DNA of 64,000 nt from Thermostichus sp. DRC_bins_24 (lineage in GTDB: Bacteria; Cyanobacteriota; Cyanobacteriia; Thermostichales; Thermostichaceae), in the NCBI GenBank assembly GCA_039794845.1, contig JAUQVK010000112.1, positions 11,121 through 75,120 on the forward strand, in the 5' to 3' direction. A model generated the notes under the pieces. That model saw nothing but the letters and a program-made list of their open reading frames with translations. It was not told where the DNA came from and did no database searches. Position numbers and translations under genes: made by a program. Position 1 is the first letter of the stretch; each line of letters begins with the position of its first letter. Positions 22,216 to 31,732 of this stretch are shown piece after piece.

Positions 22216-23322
22216 GTGTCCAAGTTCCTTTTAATCGGTTCCACCGAGCCCTTCAGCGGGAAGTCTGCTGCGGCTTTGGGCCTGGCTAAGCATTTGCAGC
22301 AGCAGGGGATAAAAGTCACTTACGGGAAACCGATTGGTTCTTGCATGACGGAAGATTGCTCCTTGGAAGGGGGCGATCCGGATATGCGCTTTGTGGCGGA
22401 GTCTTTACGGCTGACGATGGGTCAGATGCCGCCCATGCTGCTACAGCTGAACGGAGACTCTCTGCTGGCCCAAATGAAGCAATCCCCTGGGGAACTTCCC
22501 CCGGAGCATCCCGTCGCCCCTCTGCTGGAGTTTGTCAAGGGATCCCCGGCGGACTTGGTGTTACTGGAAGGCCCGGCGGATCTTTATGAGGGGGAACTCT
22601 TCGGCCTGTCGCTGGCAAAAATGGCCCAGGCCCTGGAGGCTCCGGTGCTCTTAATTAGCCGTTATCACTCGCCGCTGGCGGTCGATTCAATCCTGGCTGC
22701 CCATGCTCAGCTGGGATCCCATTTGGCAGGGGTACTGCTGAATGATGTGCCCCAAAACCAGATGCAGCAGGTGAAAACGGTGATCCAGCTTTTCTTGGAA
22801 GCACAAGGGATCCCGGTGTTGGGCATTCTGCCTTCCCACCGCATTTTGCGCAGCATCAGCGTTGGGGAGCTGGCACGGCAACTGGATGCGGAGGTGCTCT
22901 GCTGCCCGGATCGGCTCGATTTAATGGTGGAAGATATCGCAGTGGGGGCCATGAACGTCAACTCGGCCCTAAAGTACTTCCGCAAGTCGGATCACAAGGC
23001 GGTGATTACAGGCGGGGATCGCACGGATATTCAACTGGCCGCCCTAGAAACCTCAACCCTCTGTTTGATCCTGACCGGCAAGCTCCCCTTGGATCCCCGC
23101 ATTCAGTCTCGAGCCGAAGAACTGGAGGTGCCGATTCTCTCGGTCGATCTGGACACCTTCACCACCATCAACCGCATCGAACGGGTTTTTGGCCAGATCC
23201 GCCTGCACGAGGAGGTGAAAGTCCGCTGCATCCAGGAGCTAATGTCATCAAATTTTGACTTTTCTCGTTTGTATGACCATTTGGGTCTGACACAATCCCT
23301 AGTGTCGGCAGCACGAGCGTAA
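22216..23322 (+). CDS. DRTGG-domain phosphotransacetylase-family protein
   Basis: GSTEPFSGKS P-loop-like start, AVITGGDRTDIQ motif; GTG start. Confidence 0.85.
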   Translation: MSKFLLIGSTEPFSGKSAAALGLAKHLQQQGIKVTYGKPIGSCMTEDCSLEGGDPDMRFVAESLRLTMGQMPPMLLQLNGDSLLAQMKQSPGELPPEHPVAPLLEFVKGSPADLVLLEGPADLYEGELFGLSLAKMAQALEAPVLLISRYHSPLAVDSILAAHAQLGSHLAGVLLNDVPQNQMQQVKTVIQLFLEAQGIPVLGILPSHRILRSISVGELARQLDAEVLCCPDRLDLMVEDIAVGAMNVNSALKYFRKSDHKAVITGGDRTDIQLAALETSTLCLILTGKLPLDPRIQSRAEELEVPILSVDLDTFTTINRIERVFGQIRLHEEVKVRCIQELMSSNFDFSRLYDHLGLTQSLVSAARA

Positions 23323-23539
23323 AAAAGTCACCCTAGAGCTCCCTCTACATCTAGTGCCTAGCTAGACCAAGCTATCCAAGAAAAACGCCATATCTACCGA
23401 GAGCAAAAAGAGCTTAGCTTTTGTGTGTTAATTTCTAGTGTTGGATACTTTCCAAAGTCAGCAATGATTTTTGCAAAAAAACGCAGGGAGCCGTTGTCAG
23501 GTTGGTCTACCGGCCGGGATCGAAGGATATCATGCGTGT

Positions 23540-23589
23540 ATTCATCACCTCAACACACCACTCCTCCCCCAGGTTTTCTGGGGGTTTTT
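23540..23589 (+). ncRNA. Candidate ~50-nt sRNA with a Yfr1-like C/A-rich motif
   Basis: TATCAT at 23528-33, then CACCTCAACACACCACTCCTC and the terminator CCCCCAG-GTTTT-CTGGGGG-TTTTT. Confidence 0.4.
23566..23589 (+). terminator. Intrinsic terminator
   Basis: 7-bp GC-rich stem, 5-nt loop, T5 tail. Confidence 0.75.
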
Positions 23590-23649
23590 GTTTGGACAAT
23601 TTTGAGCAGAGTTCCTCTTGATGAGCACCGGATCCCTACTACCGATAGC

Positions 23650-23663
23650 GTAAAAGTAGTTAC
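23650..23663. promoter_or_regulatory. NtcA-like box upstream of rnhA
   Basis: GTA-AAAGTAGT-TAC, overlapping the palindrome AAAAGTA-GT-TACTTTT; no -10 at the canonical distance. Confidence 0.25.
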
Positions 23664-23756
23664 TTTTGGAGCTACTGATGCTACCGGCAGCGGTGGTAAG
23701 CGACTAAGCGGTAAAATGCAGGTTCTGTTCTCCTAAAGTTTGAAGGGATCCCAATC

Positions 23757-24251
23757 ATGGCCACGGTTTCTTCCAAAGCGGCACGCCCCACCCGATGGGT
23801 TGCTTGCCCCAGCACGGGCATCTTCACCGATGGGGGGTGTTCTCCCAATCCGGGACCAGGGGGATGGGCGGTGGTGGTAGTTCAGGAGGATCACATCCTG
23901 GATGAGTGGTTTGGAGGGGATCCCGCCAGCACCAACAACCGCATGGAATTGACCGGCTTGATTCAGGCTTTGCAGTATTGCCGCGACACCGCAGGCAATC
24001 CCATTCACACTATCTACAGCGATTCCAATCTGTGTGTACAAACCTACAACACTTGGATGTCCCAGTGGGCGGCGCAGGGGTGGCGACGACGCACGGGTCC
24101 GGTGGAGAACCTAGATTTGGTGCAACAGCTCTACCAACTGCGGCAGCAGTGCCCACACATTCAGGTGCGGTGGATTCAGGCCCACAAAGGCATGCGCTGG
24201 AACGAGTATGCCGATGAATTGGTTGCCCGTGGTCGGTCGCAGACGAAGTGA
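23757..24251 (+). CDS. rnhA: Ribonuclease HI
   Basis: FTDGGCSPNPGPGGW, TNNRMEL, YSDS, WIQAH...NEYADEL. Confidence 0.93.
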   Translation: MATVSSKAARPTRWVACPSTGIFTDGGCSPNPGPGGWAVVVVQEDHILDEWFGGDPASTNNRMELTGLIQALQYCRDTAGNPIHTIYSDSNLCVQTYNTWMSQWAAQGWRRRTGPVENLDLVQQLYQLRQQCPHIQVRWIQAHKGMRWNEYADELVARGRSQTK

Positions 24252-24331
24252 CCTAGATCACATTTGAGCCGGGGGCAGCAGACAAGGTTCCAACTTATCG
24301 CCTATGCTCAGAAAGATGGCTCGTTGCAGGT

Positions 24332-25975
24332 ATGTCCATGCAGGCCCAACTTCATCGTAGTTTTCGCCCTCTCTTCCTTACCCTCATGGCTGTGGGAGGC
24401 TCTTGGCTACTGGGGGCCTGTCAGAGACAAGCACCAGAGGCCCAGTTGCCCGGAGACATTTTGCCGGAGACGGTGCTGGTTCCCCAGTCTGCCCCCGTGG
24501 TGCTGGCCTTTGCCACCAATCCAGAAGAAGCCTTCCGCACCCACCCTGACCTCTTGGCTCAATGGGAAAACTGGACTGCTGAAGCCCTAGCGGAAACCGG
24601 TAGCGAATTCCCGAAGGAGGATATTCAAACCTGGGCCGGGGAGCAGTTCACGATGGCGGTGGTGGTGCCCAACTTGGTACCTACGGCCTCCGACCCCGTA
24701 CCCGGGATCCTCTTCGGGGCCAGTACCCGCAACACCGACTTGTCTGGGCAATTTTTGGCACAGGTGCGGCAGCAGGCGGAAGCGGAGGGGGCGAACTTTG
24801 AGCGTCGCCAAGAGCAAGGGGTTACCCTCCACATCCAAACCAACGGGGATCCAGGCGAACGATGGGTGACTGCAGAGTTTGGCAACCGTTTTGTGGCAGT
24901 CGCCAACGATCCGGAGGTGATGGAGCAGGCGGTGGCCGTTTACCGGGGAGAAATGGAATCCGTGAGCCGTTCGGATTTGTTCCGAGCCGCTGCTGAGCAG
25001 TTGTATACCGACGGCACTCTGGCCTTTGCTTACCTCGATTTTGAAGCGTTGCAGGCTAGCTCAGAGTCCTTCGGGGCTTGGATGGAAGATCTCGATCCGG
25101 CGACATTACAATCCTTGCAGCCGCTGCGCTCCTTCGCCATGGCTGCCCACTGGCAAGAACAGGGCTTACGGATGCGCATGCTGACCCAAATGGATCCAGA
25201 AGCCCATTTACAGGCGGGGTTGCAACCGGCTCGGGGCGAGTTGATCCAACGGCTGCCGGGAAGCTCCCTAGTGGTGATCAGCACCCAGCAAATTGCTCAG
25301 CGATGGCAAGCCCTGCTGCCACAACTGGAAGAAGACCCGTCGATCAAAGCGTCTTTGGATGAGCTGAGGGCCGAGTTCCGTGCCAATACCCGCTTGGATC
25401 TGGAAAAAGACGTGATCGCCTGGATGGATGGGGAGATGGCCCTGTTGGTAGCTCCTGATGCGCAAGCTCATCCGCTGTTGCAGGGGATGGGAGCCGCTTG
25501 GGTGATCGAGAGCAGCCAAAAAGACAAAGCCAATGCAGCACTGGCTCAGTTGGATCGACTGGCTCAGGAATCGGGCGCACGAGTAACGGAAGCAGGGGGC
25601 CAAGTGACCTGGGCGGATCCCTTATTTAATCAACCGCTTCTGATCCGGGCCTGGGAAGGGAATAACTTAATTGTAACCAGCAGTACCGGAGCCCTACAAA
25701 CCATCGCTCAACGACAGGGCAACCTGTTACCCCAAACCGAGCCCCTGAAAACCCTCTACGCTCAGCTGCACAAACCCAACTACGGTTACTTTTTGCTCAA
25801 CTGGCAAGGGATCCGCACTGTGCTGGAGGCGGCCCTGCCGGGGGGATTAGCCACTTTGGATCCGGAGGCACGCGAGCTGTTGACTCGCATCGATGGAATA
25901 GGGCTAACCAGCTATCCTTCTGGGGAGCATGCCTTTGGGATGGAACTGTTGGTGACGGTGCCCCCGAAACCTTAG
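24332..25975 (+). CDS. DUF3352-like exported (lipo)protein
   Basis: LLGAC lipobox-like segment; WAGEQFTMAV and WMDGEMAL repeats typical of the family. Confidence 0.7.
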   Translation: MSMQAQLHRSFRPLFLTLMAVGGSWLLGACQRQAPEAQLPGDILPETVLVPQSAPVVLAFATNPEEAFRTHPDLLAQWENWTAEALAETGSEFPKEDIQTWAGEQFTMAVVVPNLVPTASDPVPGILFGASTRNTDLSGQFLAQVRQQAEAEGANFERRQEQGVTLHIQTNGDPGERWVTAEFGNRFVAVANDPEVMEQAVAVYRGEMESVSRSDLFRAAAEQLYTDGTLAFAYLDFEALQASSESFGAWMEDLDPATLQSLQPLRSFAMAAHWQEQGLRMRMLTQMDPEAHLQAGLQPARGELIQRLPGSSLVVISTQQIAQRWQALLPQLEEDPSIKASLDELRAEFRANTRLDLEKDVIAWMDGEMALLVAPDAQAHPLLQGMGAAWVIESSQKDKANAALAQLDRLAQESGARVTEAGGQVTWADPLFNQPLLIRAWEGNNLIVTSSTGALQTIAQRQGNLLPQTEPLKTLYAQLHKPNYGYFLLNWQGIRTVLEAALPGGLATLDPEARELLTRIDGIGLTSYPSGEHAFGMELLVTVPPKP

Positions 25976-26000
25976 GGTTGGGCACACCGATAGACACTGA

Positions 26001-26131
26001 TATGGTCACTCCAAACAGGAGCGATACACTTTCTGGCCCCCCTCTTCCGCTCTGAGAGAGGGGCTACAGCCGGTGCCACGCTGCGCGAAAGGGGTGAGGG
26101 AGCTGTTTCAGCCTCAATTGCAATGACTATA
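26001..26131. mobile_element. MITE family 2, copy B, with a nested 24-bp insertion
   Basis: Termini TATGGTCA...TGACTATA; colinear with the reverse complement of 35540-35646 (55/64 identity over the first 64 nt); extra TACAGCCGGTGCCACGCTGCGCGAA inside the CCCTCT/GAGAGGG region. Confidence 0.75.
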
Positions 26132-26273
26132 TCACCACATAATCACCACATAATGAGTGAGCTGGGTTTGTTGGATGGCAAGCACGCGCAAGCAATCCGA
26201 AGCCAGGTGATCGAACAAGCCCCTTCGCGGAAGCGGGGTGCAACCCCTTGAAGAGATGCCATCCGCCGGAATC

Positions 26274-27674
26274 CTAAATTCCCAAGATCAAGCGAGCGGT
26301 GTAGAAGTAAATCAGGACCCCCAGCACATCCACAATCGTGGTGATAAAAGGGGCCGCCATCAAGGCCGGATCCAAGCCGAAGGAGCGGAACAAGAAGGGC
26401 AAACCGGCCCCCGATACGGAAGAGAGAACGGAAATACCAAACAAGCTCAGCCCGACAATGATTGCCACGGATAGATCCCGTTGCAAAGCATAGGCCCAAC
26501 CGATGGTGATCGCACTGAGCATCAATCCCAGCATGGCCCCCACCGTTGCTTCCCGTGCGAGCACCCCAAACCCATCCTTGAGGCGTACCACCGCTGTACT
26601 CAAACCACGAATCACCACCGTGGAAGACTGCGCCCCGACATTGCCGCCACTGTCCACCAACAGTGGGATGAAGGCTGCCAAGGCAATCACCTCACTCAAG
26701 ACTTCTTCTTGTCCGGCGATGATCGTGCTGGTGAAGGTGTTGGTAAACAGCAAAATCAGCAGCCACACCACCCGTTTGCGAGCTGCCTGCCAGAAATTCA
26801 AGTCAAAGTAATCGTCTTCCCCAGATTGCACTCCCCCCAAGGAGTAGATATCTTCGGTGGTTTCTTGCTCCAAAATGTCCAACACATCGTCTACCGTGAC
26901 GATCCCCACCAGGCGATGTTCTGTATCTACCACCGGCACAGCCAATAGGTCGTACCGCTGGATCACCCGTGCCACTTCTTCTTGGTCGGTATTGGTGCTG
27001 ACAAACACCACCTCCCGGTTCATCACCTCTCCCAACAGTTGGGTCGGTTCCGCCATCACCAGTTCCCGCAGTGAGAGTGCCCCCGTTAGATGCCGCTCGG
27101 TGTCTGTGATGTAGAGGTAGTAGATCGTCTCTGTTTCTCTGGCCAACAGGCGTACTCGTTCTAGGGCTTGGGCTGCCGTTAAGTTCTCCTTGAGGGAAAT
27201 ATGCTCGGGGGTCATGATCCGCCCCGCCGTGTTGGGGGCATAGCCGAGCAGTAGTGCCGTGGCTTCCCGTTCCTGTGGGCTTAGTTGTGGCAGCAGAGCA
27301 GTGACGACCTTGGCAGGTAACTCGTCAAATAGGCGGGCCCGGTCATCAGGCGACATTTTATCGAGAATGTCTTGGATTTCATGGCTCTTGAACTCTCGTA
27401 GCAGGGCTTCCTGCAGTTCCAGATCCAGGTGTTCGTAAACCCGAATCGCCAGATCCTTAGCCAGCAACCGAAAGGCCAAAGCCTGTTGAGCCTCCGGCAG
27501 CTCCCCGATTACATCGGCAATATCCACTGGCTGAACGGGCAACAGGAGAGATTTCGCCTGCTCCAGTTCGTTTTGTTCTAGGGCAAGGCTCAGTTGACCT
27601 CGCAATAGCTCACAGAATTGCTCTCGGCTCAGCTCGGAACGAATTGGGGCTGGGGTTCCTGTAGTGGGGTTCAA
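26274..27674 (-). CDS. mgtE: Magnesium transporter MgtE
   Basis: MgtE_N, two CBS domains (TAGRIMT), DSGGNVGAQSST and DPALMAAPFITTIVD. Confidence 0.95.
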   Translation of the reverse strand: MNPTTGTPAPIRSELSREQFCELLRGQLSLALEQNELEQAKSLLLPVQPVDIADVIGELPEAQQALAFRLLAKDLAIRVYEHLDLELQEALLREFKSHEIQDILDKMSPDDRARLFDELPAKVVTALLPQLSPQEREATALLLGYAPNTAGRIMTPEHISLKENLTAAQALERVRLLARETETIYYLYITDTERHLTGALSLRELVMAEPTQLLGEVMNREVVFVSTNTDQEEVARVIQRYDLLAVPVVDTEHRLVGIVTVDDVLDILEQETTEDIYSLGGVQSGEDDYFDLNFWQAARKRVVWLLILLFTNTFTSTIIAGQEEVLSEVIALAAFIPLLVDSGGNVGAQSSTVVIRGLSTAVVRLKDGFGVLAREATVGAMLGLMLSAITIGWAYALQRDLSVAIIVGLSLFGISVLSSVSGAGLPFLFRSFGLDPALMAAPFITTIVDVLGVLIYFYTARLILGI

Positions 27675-28188
27675 CGGCTTACCTCCCTGCGACTCTAGCC
27701 TTAACTATGCCAGCAAAGCCGAGTCTACCCAAACTTTGGCTGCCGTGTATTTGGGACAACCTTCCACCCAAGACCGCTGGGCCGTTTGGGTGAGAATGCT
27801 CGGTGACACGGTTTACACTCTCAAAGAATCTCCCCCACCAGGGTTGCTGGAAGAGGATGTCAATCTCCCTTTGCGCATTCTGGGCAGGCGTGGGTTTTGA
27901 GGGGAATCCTTTCGGGGCTTGAACCTGGCCGAGATCTGACGAAAGCCGCGATGGGGGTGGATTTGGTCGGCTCTATCCCTAGAGGATCTTGAATAAACCC
28001 GAAAGGAACAACACTACCTATAACATCAGGTCTGGAGGAATATGATAGCTTGGTGAGCATCGCGTTGGGTGAACCCCTGAAACAGCTCTCTCAGTTTGGG
28101 GTGGCCCACGGATGGTCGAAAACCATGGGTTGAGTCTATTCATCGTGCTTCGCAGGGTGCGGAGAGTCATCGCAGGAGGGGTGTGGGT

Positions 28189-31100
28189 ATGGTTCAGGGC
28201 AAAGAGATGCGTTCCGCAGAAGGGCTCGGATCCCTAAGCAACGGCGATTTCCCGGCAACGGCTCCGGCAGCCAATCCGGTTTTTTACCGCACCTACAGCC
28301 GCCGCACCGACAGAGGGCGGGAAACCTGGAGCCAGGTGTGTGATCGCACCCTGACGGATATCACCCAGCTAGGCCGGTTCACCCCAGAGGAACAGGATTT
28401 GATCAACCGCATGCAGCGGCAACTGAAGGCCTTGATCTCGGGGCGGGCCCTGTGGGTGATGGGCACCGACTGGATCCATCGTCCGGAAAACTTTTCAGGG
28501 GCCTACAACTGCACGAGCACCAATGTGATTGATTGGCAGGCCTTTGGTTTGATGATGGATCTGGCCATGATGGGCTGTGGCACCGGGGCGGTGCTGGAAC
28601 CCAAGTTCATCAACCGCCTACCGGCCATTGTGAATTATCTGAACATCCAGGTGGTAGGACAAATCGGAGCCACGCCGGCGAACCAACGCCAAGATCAAAC
28701 CCGTATCCAGCGACAGGGATCCCGGGTGCACATCCAGGTGGGGGATAGCCGTCGCGGTTGGGTGGATTCCTATCAGGTGTTGATGGAATTGGCCTCGGAT
28801 CCCAGTTTCTCGGGAACAATTGAACTCTCGGTGGATCTCAGCGATGTGCGGCCTGCGGGTGAGATTCTCAAGGGGTTTGGCGGGGTGGCCAACCCAATCA
28901 AATTACCCACTTTGTATGAGCGGTGTGCAGCCATTCTGAACAAAGCCGTAGGCCGACAATTGAACTCTGTCGAGTGTTGCTTGCTGATCGATGAAGCGGC
29001 TTCTTGTATCGTGGCCGGGAACATTAGGCGTAGCGCGGGGATGCGTCAATTTGCTGGGGAAGATGTGCTCGGATCCAATGCCAAAGATAACCTCTGGCAA
29101 CAAGATGAAAAAGGCAATTGGCGCATTGATCCTGAACGGGATGCTCTGCGTATGGCCAATCACACCCGTGTATTTCACCGCAAACCCACTCTAGAAGAAA
29201 CCATTGAGGCGGTGCGGAAGCAATTTTATTCCGGTGAAGGGGCCATTCAGTGGGCAGGTGAAGCGGTGGCACGGGCCAACTGTGATCTGATCCCTCTCGA
29301 TCAAAAGTCCGATTTTCTCAAGGCTTATGAGGCCGGATCTGCCAAAGATTGGCTGCAAAAGCGGGATCCCAATTTGAGCGAAGAAGAGCTAGAGGATCGA
29401 ATCAGTCGTTATGGGTTGAATCCTTGTGTAACGGCTGACACTTGGATTCATACAGGAGATGGACCTCGTCAGGTGAAGGATTTGATCGGGATCCAGCACA
29501 GTACTTATGTGAATGGGGAGTTATTCAGCACCACTCCCGAAGGCTTTTTCTATTCGGGTATCAAGCCGGTTTTCAAACTGATAACTCAAGAAGGCTATGA
29601 ATTGCGATTAACAGGCAATCATCGCGTGTTGAAAGTAACTGCTCAAACCCAGAAGAAACAATATACTCAATGGGTTTCTGCCGAAGATCTGCAGCCAGGG
29701 GATCGTGTGATACTCCATGATCATCGTGACCTTTGCCCTTGGGAAGGAGAAGGGAGCTTTGAAGAAGGATGGCTGCTGGGTAATTTGCTAGGTGATGGTA
29801 GTCTTGCCAAAACTCAGTGGAGTGATATGGGTTTGCTGCGTTTCTGGCAGGATACCCAAAGTGAAATGAGTGAACACGCCATAGGTTGTCTGGAAAAAGC
29901 AACAGGATACACTCGTCGTACAGATCAAGCCCACTACCATGCTCAACTCAAATATCGAGTGGTTAGCTCTAGCAGTCTAGCAAGGTTGGCAGCACGTTTT
30001 GGTTTATTTCCAGGCCAAAAAGCACTGAATTCATCTATAGAAAAAGCCAGCTATCAATTCTACCGAGGTTTTTTGCGAGGACTTTATGATGCAGATGGAA
30101 CTGTGATTGGTTCTCAGCTCAAGGGAGTTAGTGTTCGCTTACCTCAAAGCAGCCTGCATACTCTACAAGCAGTTCAGCGAATGCTAGCTCGACTGGGGAT
30201 CATCTCTACCATTTGTCAGAATCGTCGCCCTGCTGGATCTCGACTTTTGCCGGATAGTCAACGCCAGCCTAAACTTTATTTCTGCCAGGCACAGCACGAG
30301 TTAGTTATTTCTAAGGACAATCTGCTGCAATTTCAATCTTTGATAGGATTCCAGGATCCTGAAAAATCTCAGAAACTTGAACAACTTCTGTCTAATTATC
30401 AGAGAAATTTTAATCGGGAGCGCTTTACAGTTAAGGTTTTAGCTGTAAAGCCAGATGGAGTGGAACCTGTTTACGACTGTAGTGTGCCGGGGCCAAATCA
30501 ATTTGATGCCAATGGCTTTGTTGCCCACAATTGTGGGGAAATCATCGGATCTAACTATCATTGCAATTTGTCCGAAATCCACCTAAATCAGATGGATCCC
30601 TACAACTACAAAGAACAAGAGGAAGCCTTTGCCGCCGGGGCATTGGCGGTAGCGGCCCTACTGAATCATCGTTTTCAAGAACCCCGTTATCAACGCTCGC
30701 GGGAATGGGATCCGATTGTGGGGGTATCCTTTACCGGGTTGTTCGACTTTTTTGTGAAAGCCTTTGGGGTGGAATGGCTGCGTTGGTGGCAGGAGGGGCG
30801 ACCGGAAACCATGACCGGCCTGACCTTCAAGCAAAAAGAGCAGGATTACCTCTCTCGCTGGCGGGAGGTGGTGCACCAAACCGTCTGGGACTACTGCGAC
30901 CGCCACGGACTGCGCCGACCCAATCGCTGTACGACCGTGCAACCGGCGGGGACCAAGTCGCTTCTGACGGGGGCAGCACCCGGTTGGCATCCTCCCAAGG
31001 CACAACGGTATATTCGCCGTATTACCTTCGGCAAAAATGACCCGGTGGCCCTGGCCTGTTTGGAATACGGCTACTCAATCGTGCCCTCGCAGTCGGACAA

Positions 31101-31605
31101 AGATGAGAACGGTAACCTTCTCAACGATCCCTTTGATCCGCGCTGTACGGAATGGCTGGTGGAATTGCCCGTAGAAGTGCCCTGGGCCAATTTGCCCGGT
31201 GCCGATCAGATCGAGCTCGAACAGTTTTCTGCTCTGGCCCAATTTGACTTTTACATGCAGGTGCAGAAGCACTACACCACCCACAACACCTCCGCTACCA
31301 TTGAGCTGCGAGAAGACGAAGTGGAAGGGCTGGGATCCCGTATATTTGAGGCGATCCAAGGGGATGAGGGATACATCAGTGCCGCCTTGCTGGCTCGTTT
31401 TGATGCGCCGTTTCCGCGGCTGCCCTTTGAGAAGATTGACAAAGCCACCTATGAGCGGCTCTCGGCAGAAGTGTTGCGCCGTCGGCAAACCGAGGACTTC
31501 TTCGAGGCCTTGATGCGCTACGACCGCGGCTTTTTGAATACGGAAGGGCCGGCGGGTTGCGATGCCATGGGGTGTCTGCTGCCGGAAGCAGCTCCCCAAA
31601 GCTAG
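28189..31605 (+). CDS. nrdJ: Class II (B12-dependent) ribonucleoside-triphosphate reductase with intein
   Basis: RTYSR, GNIRRSA, NP|CGEI, TTVQPAGTKSL and C-terminal GPAGCD; AGGAGG RBS before ATG 28189. Confidence 0.95.
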   Translation: MVQGKEMRSAEGLGSLSNGDFPATAPAANPVFYRTYSRRTDRGRETWSQVCDRTLTDITQLGRFTPEEQDLINRMQRQLKALISGRALWVMGTDWIHRPENFSGAYNCTSTNVIDWQAFGLMMDLAMMGCGTGAVLEPKFINRLPAIVNYLNIQVVGQIGATPANQRQDQTRIQRQGSRVHIQVGDSRRGWVDSYQVLMELASDPSFSGTIELSVDLSDVRPAGEILKGFGGVANPIKLPTLYERCAAILNKAVGRQLNSVECCLLIDEAASCIVAGNIRRSAGMRQFAGEDVLGSNAKDNLWQQDEKGNWRIDPERDALRMANHTRVFHRKPTLEETIEAVRKQFYSGEGAIQWAGEAVARANCDLIPLDQKSDFLKAYEAGSAKDWLQKRDPNLSEEELEDRISRYGLNPCVTADTWIHTGDGPRQVKDLIGIQHSTYVNGELFSTTPEGFFYSGIKPVFKLITQEGYELRLTGNHRVLKVTAQTQKKQYTQWVSAEDLQPGDRVILHDHRDLCPWEGEGSFEEGWLLGNLLGDGSLAKTQWSDMGLLRFWQDTQSEMSEHAIGCLEKATGYTRRTDQAHYHAQLKYRVVSSSSLARLAARFGLFPGQKALNSSIEKASYQFYRGFLRGLYDADGTVIGSQLKGVSVRLPQSSLHTLQAVQRMLARLGIISTICQNRRPAGSRLLPDSQRQPKLYFCQAQHELVISKDNLLQFQSLIGFQDPEKSQKLEQLLSNYQRNFNRERFTVKVLAVKPDGVEPVYDCSVPGPNQFDANGFVAHNCGEIIGSNYHCNLSEIHLNQMDPYNYKEQEEAFAAGALAVAALLNHRFQEPRYQRSREWDPIVGVSFTGLFDFFVKAFGVEWLRWWQEGRPETMTGLTFKQKEQDYLSRWREVVHQTVWDYCDRHGLRRPNRCTTVQPAGTKSLLTGAAPGWHPPKAQRYIRRITFGKNDPVALACLEYGYSIVPSQSDKDENGNLLNDPFDPRCTEWLVELPVEVPWANLPGADQIELEQFSALAQFDFYMQVQKHYTTHNTSATIELREDEVEGLGSRIFEAIQGDEGYISAALLARFDAPFPRLPFEKIDKATYERLSAEVLRRRQTEDFFEALMRYDRGFLNTEGPAGCDAMGCLLPEAAPQS
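29425..30531 (+). mobile_element. Intein (369 aa) with LAGLIDADG homing endonuclease in nrdJ
   Basis: Begins CVTADTWI, block B LTGNH, LLGNLLGDG and LRGLYDADG motifs, ends VYDCSV...VAHN before Cys; AT-rich with no GGGATCCC. Confidence 0.96.
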
Positions 31606-31732
31606 GTAAAACCCGGGGATCCCCTCCAAGCTCCTCTGGATCGGGATCCCTGGGCAAAGTCTGTGATACTCCTGTGATACTTTTGTAAAGACCGATCCCA
31701 GCTTGGCTGGAAATTCAGGGATCCCTTTGCGC

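Noticed and set aside
23330-23445. Cluster of CTAG tetramers and a CTACATCTAGTG motif
   Set aside because: Intergenic CTAG enrichment is common, and no plausible regulated nucleotide-metabolism gene lies directly downstream.
27900-28188. Cobalamin riboswitch or NrdR box upstream of nrdJ
   Set aside because: No B12-box motifs; ACACTACCTATAACAT only weakly resembles an NrdR box.
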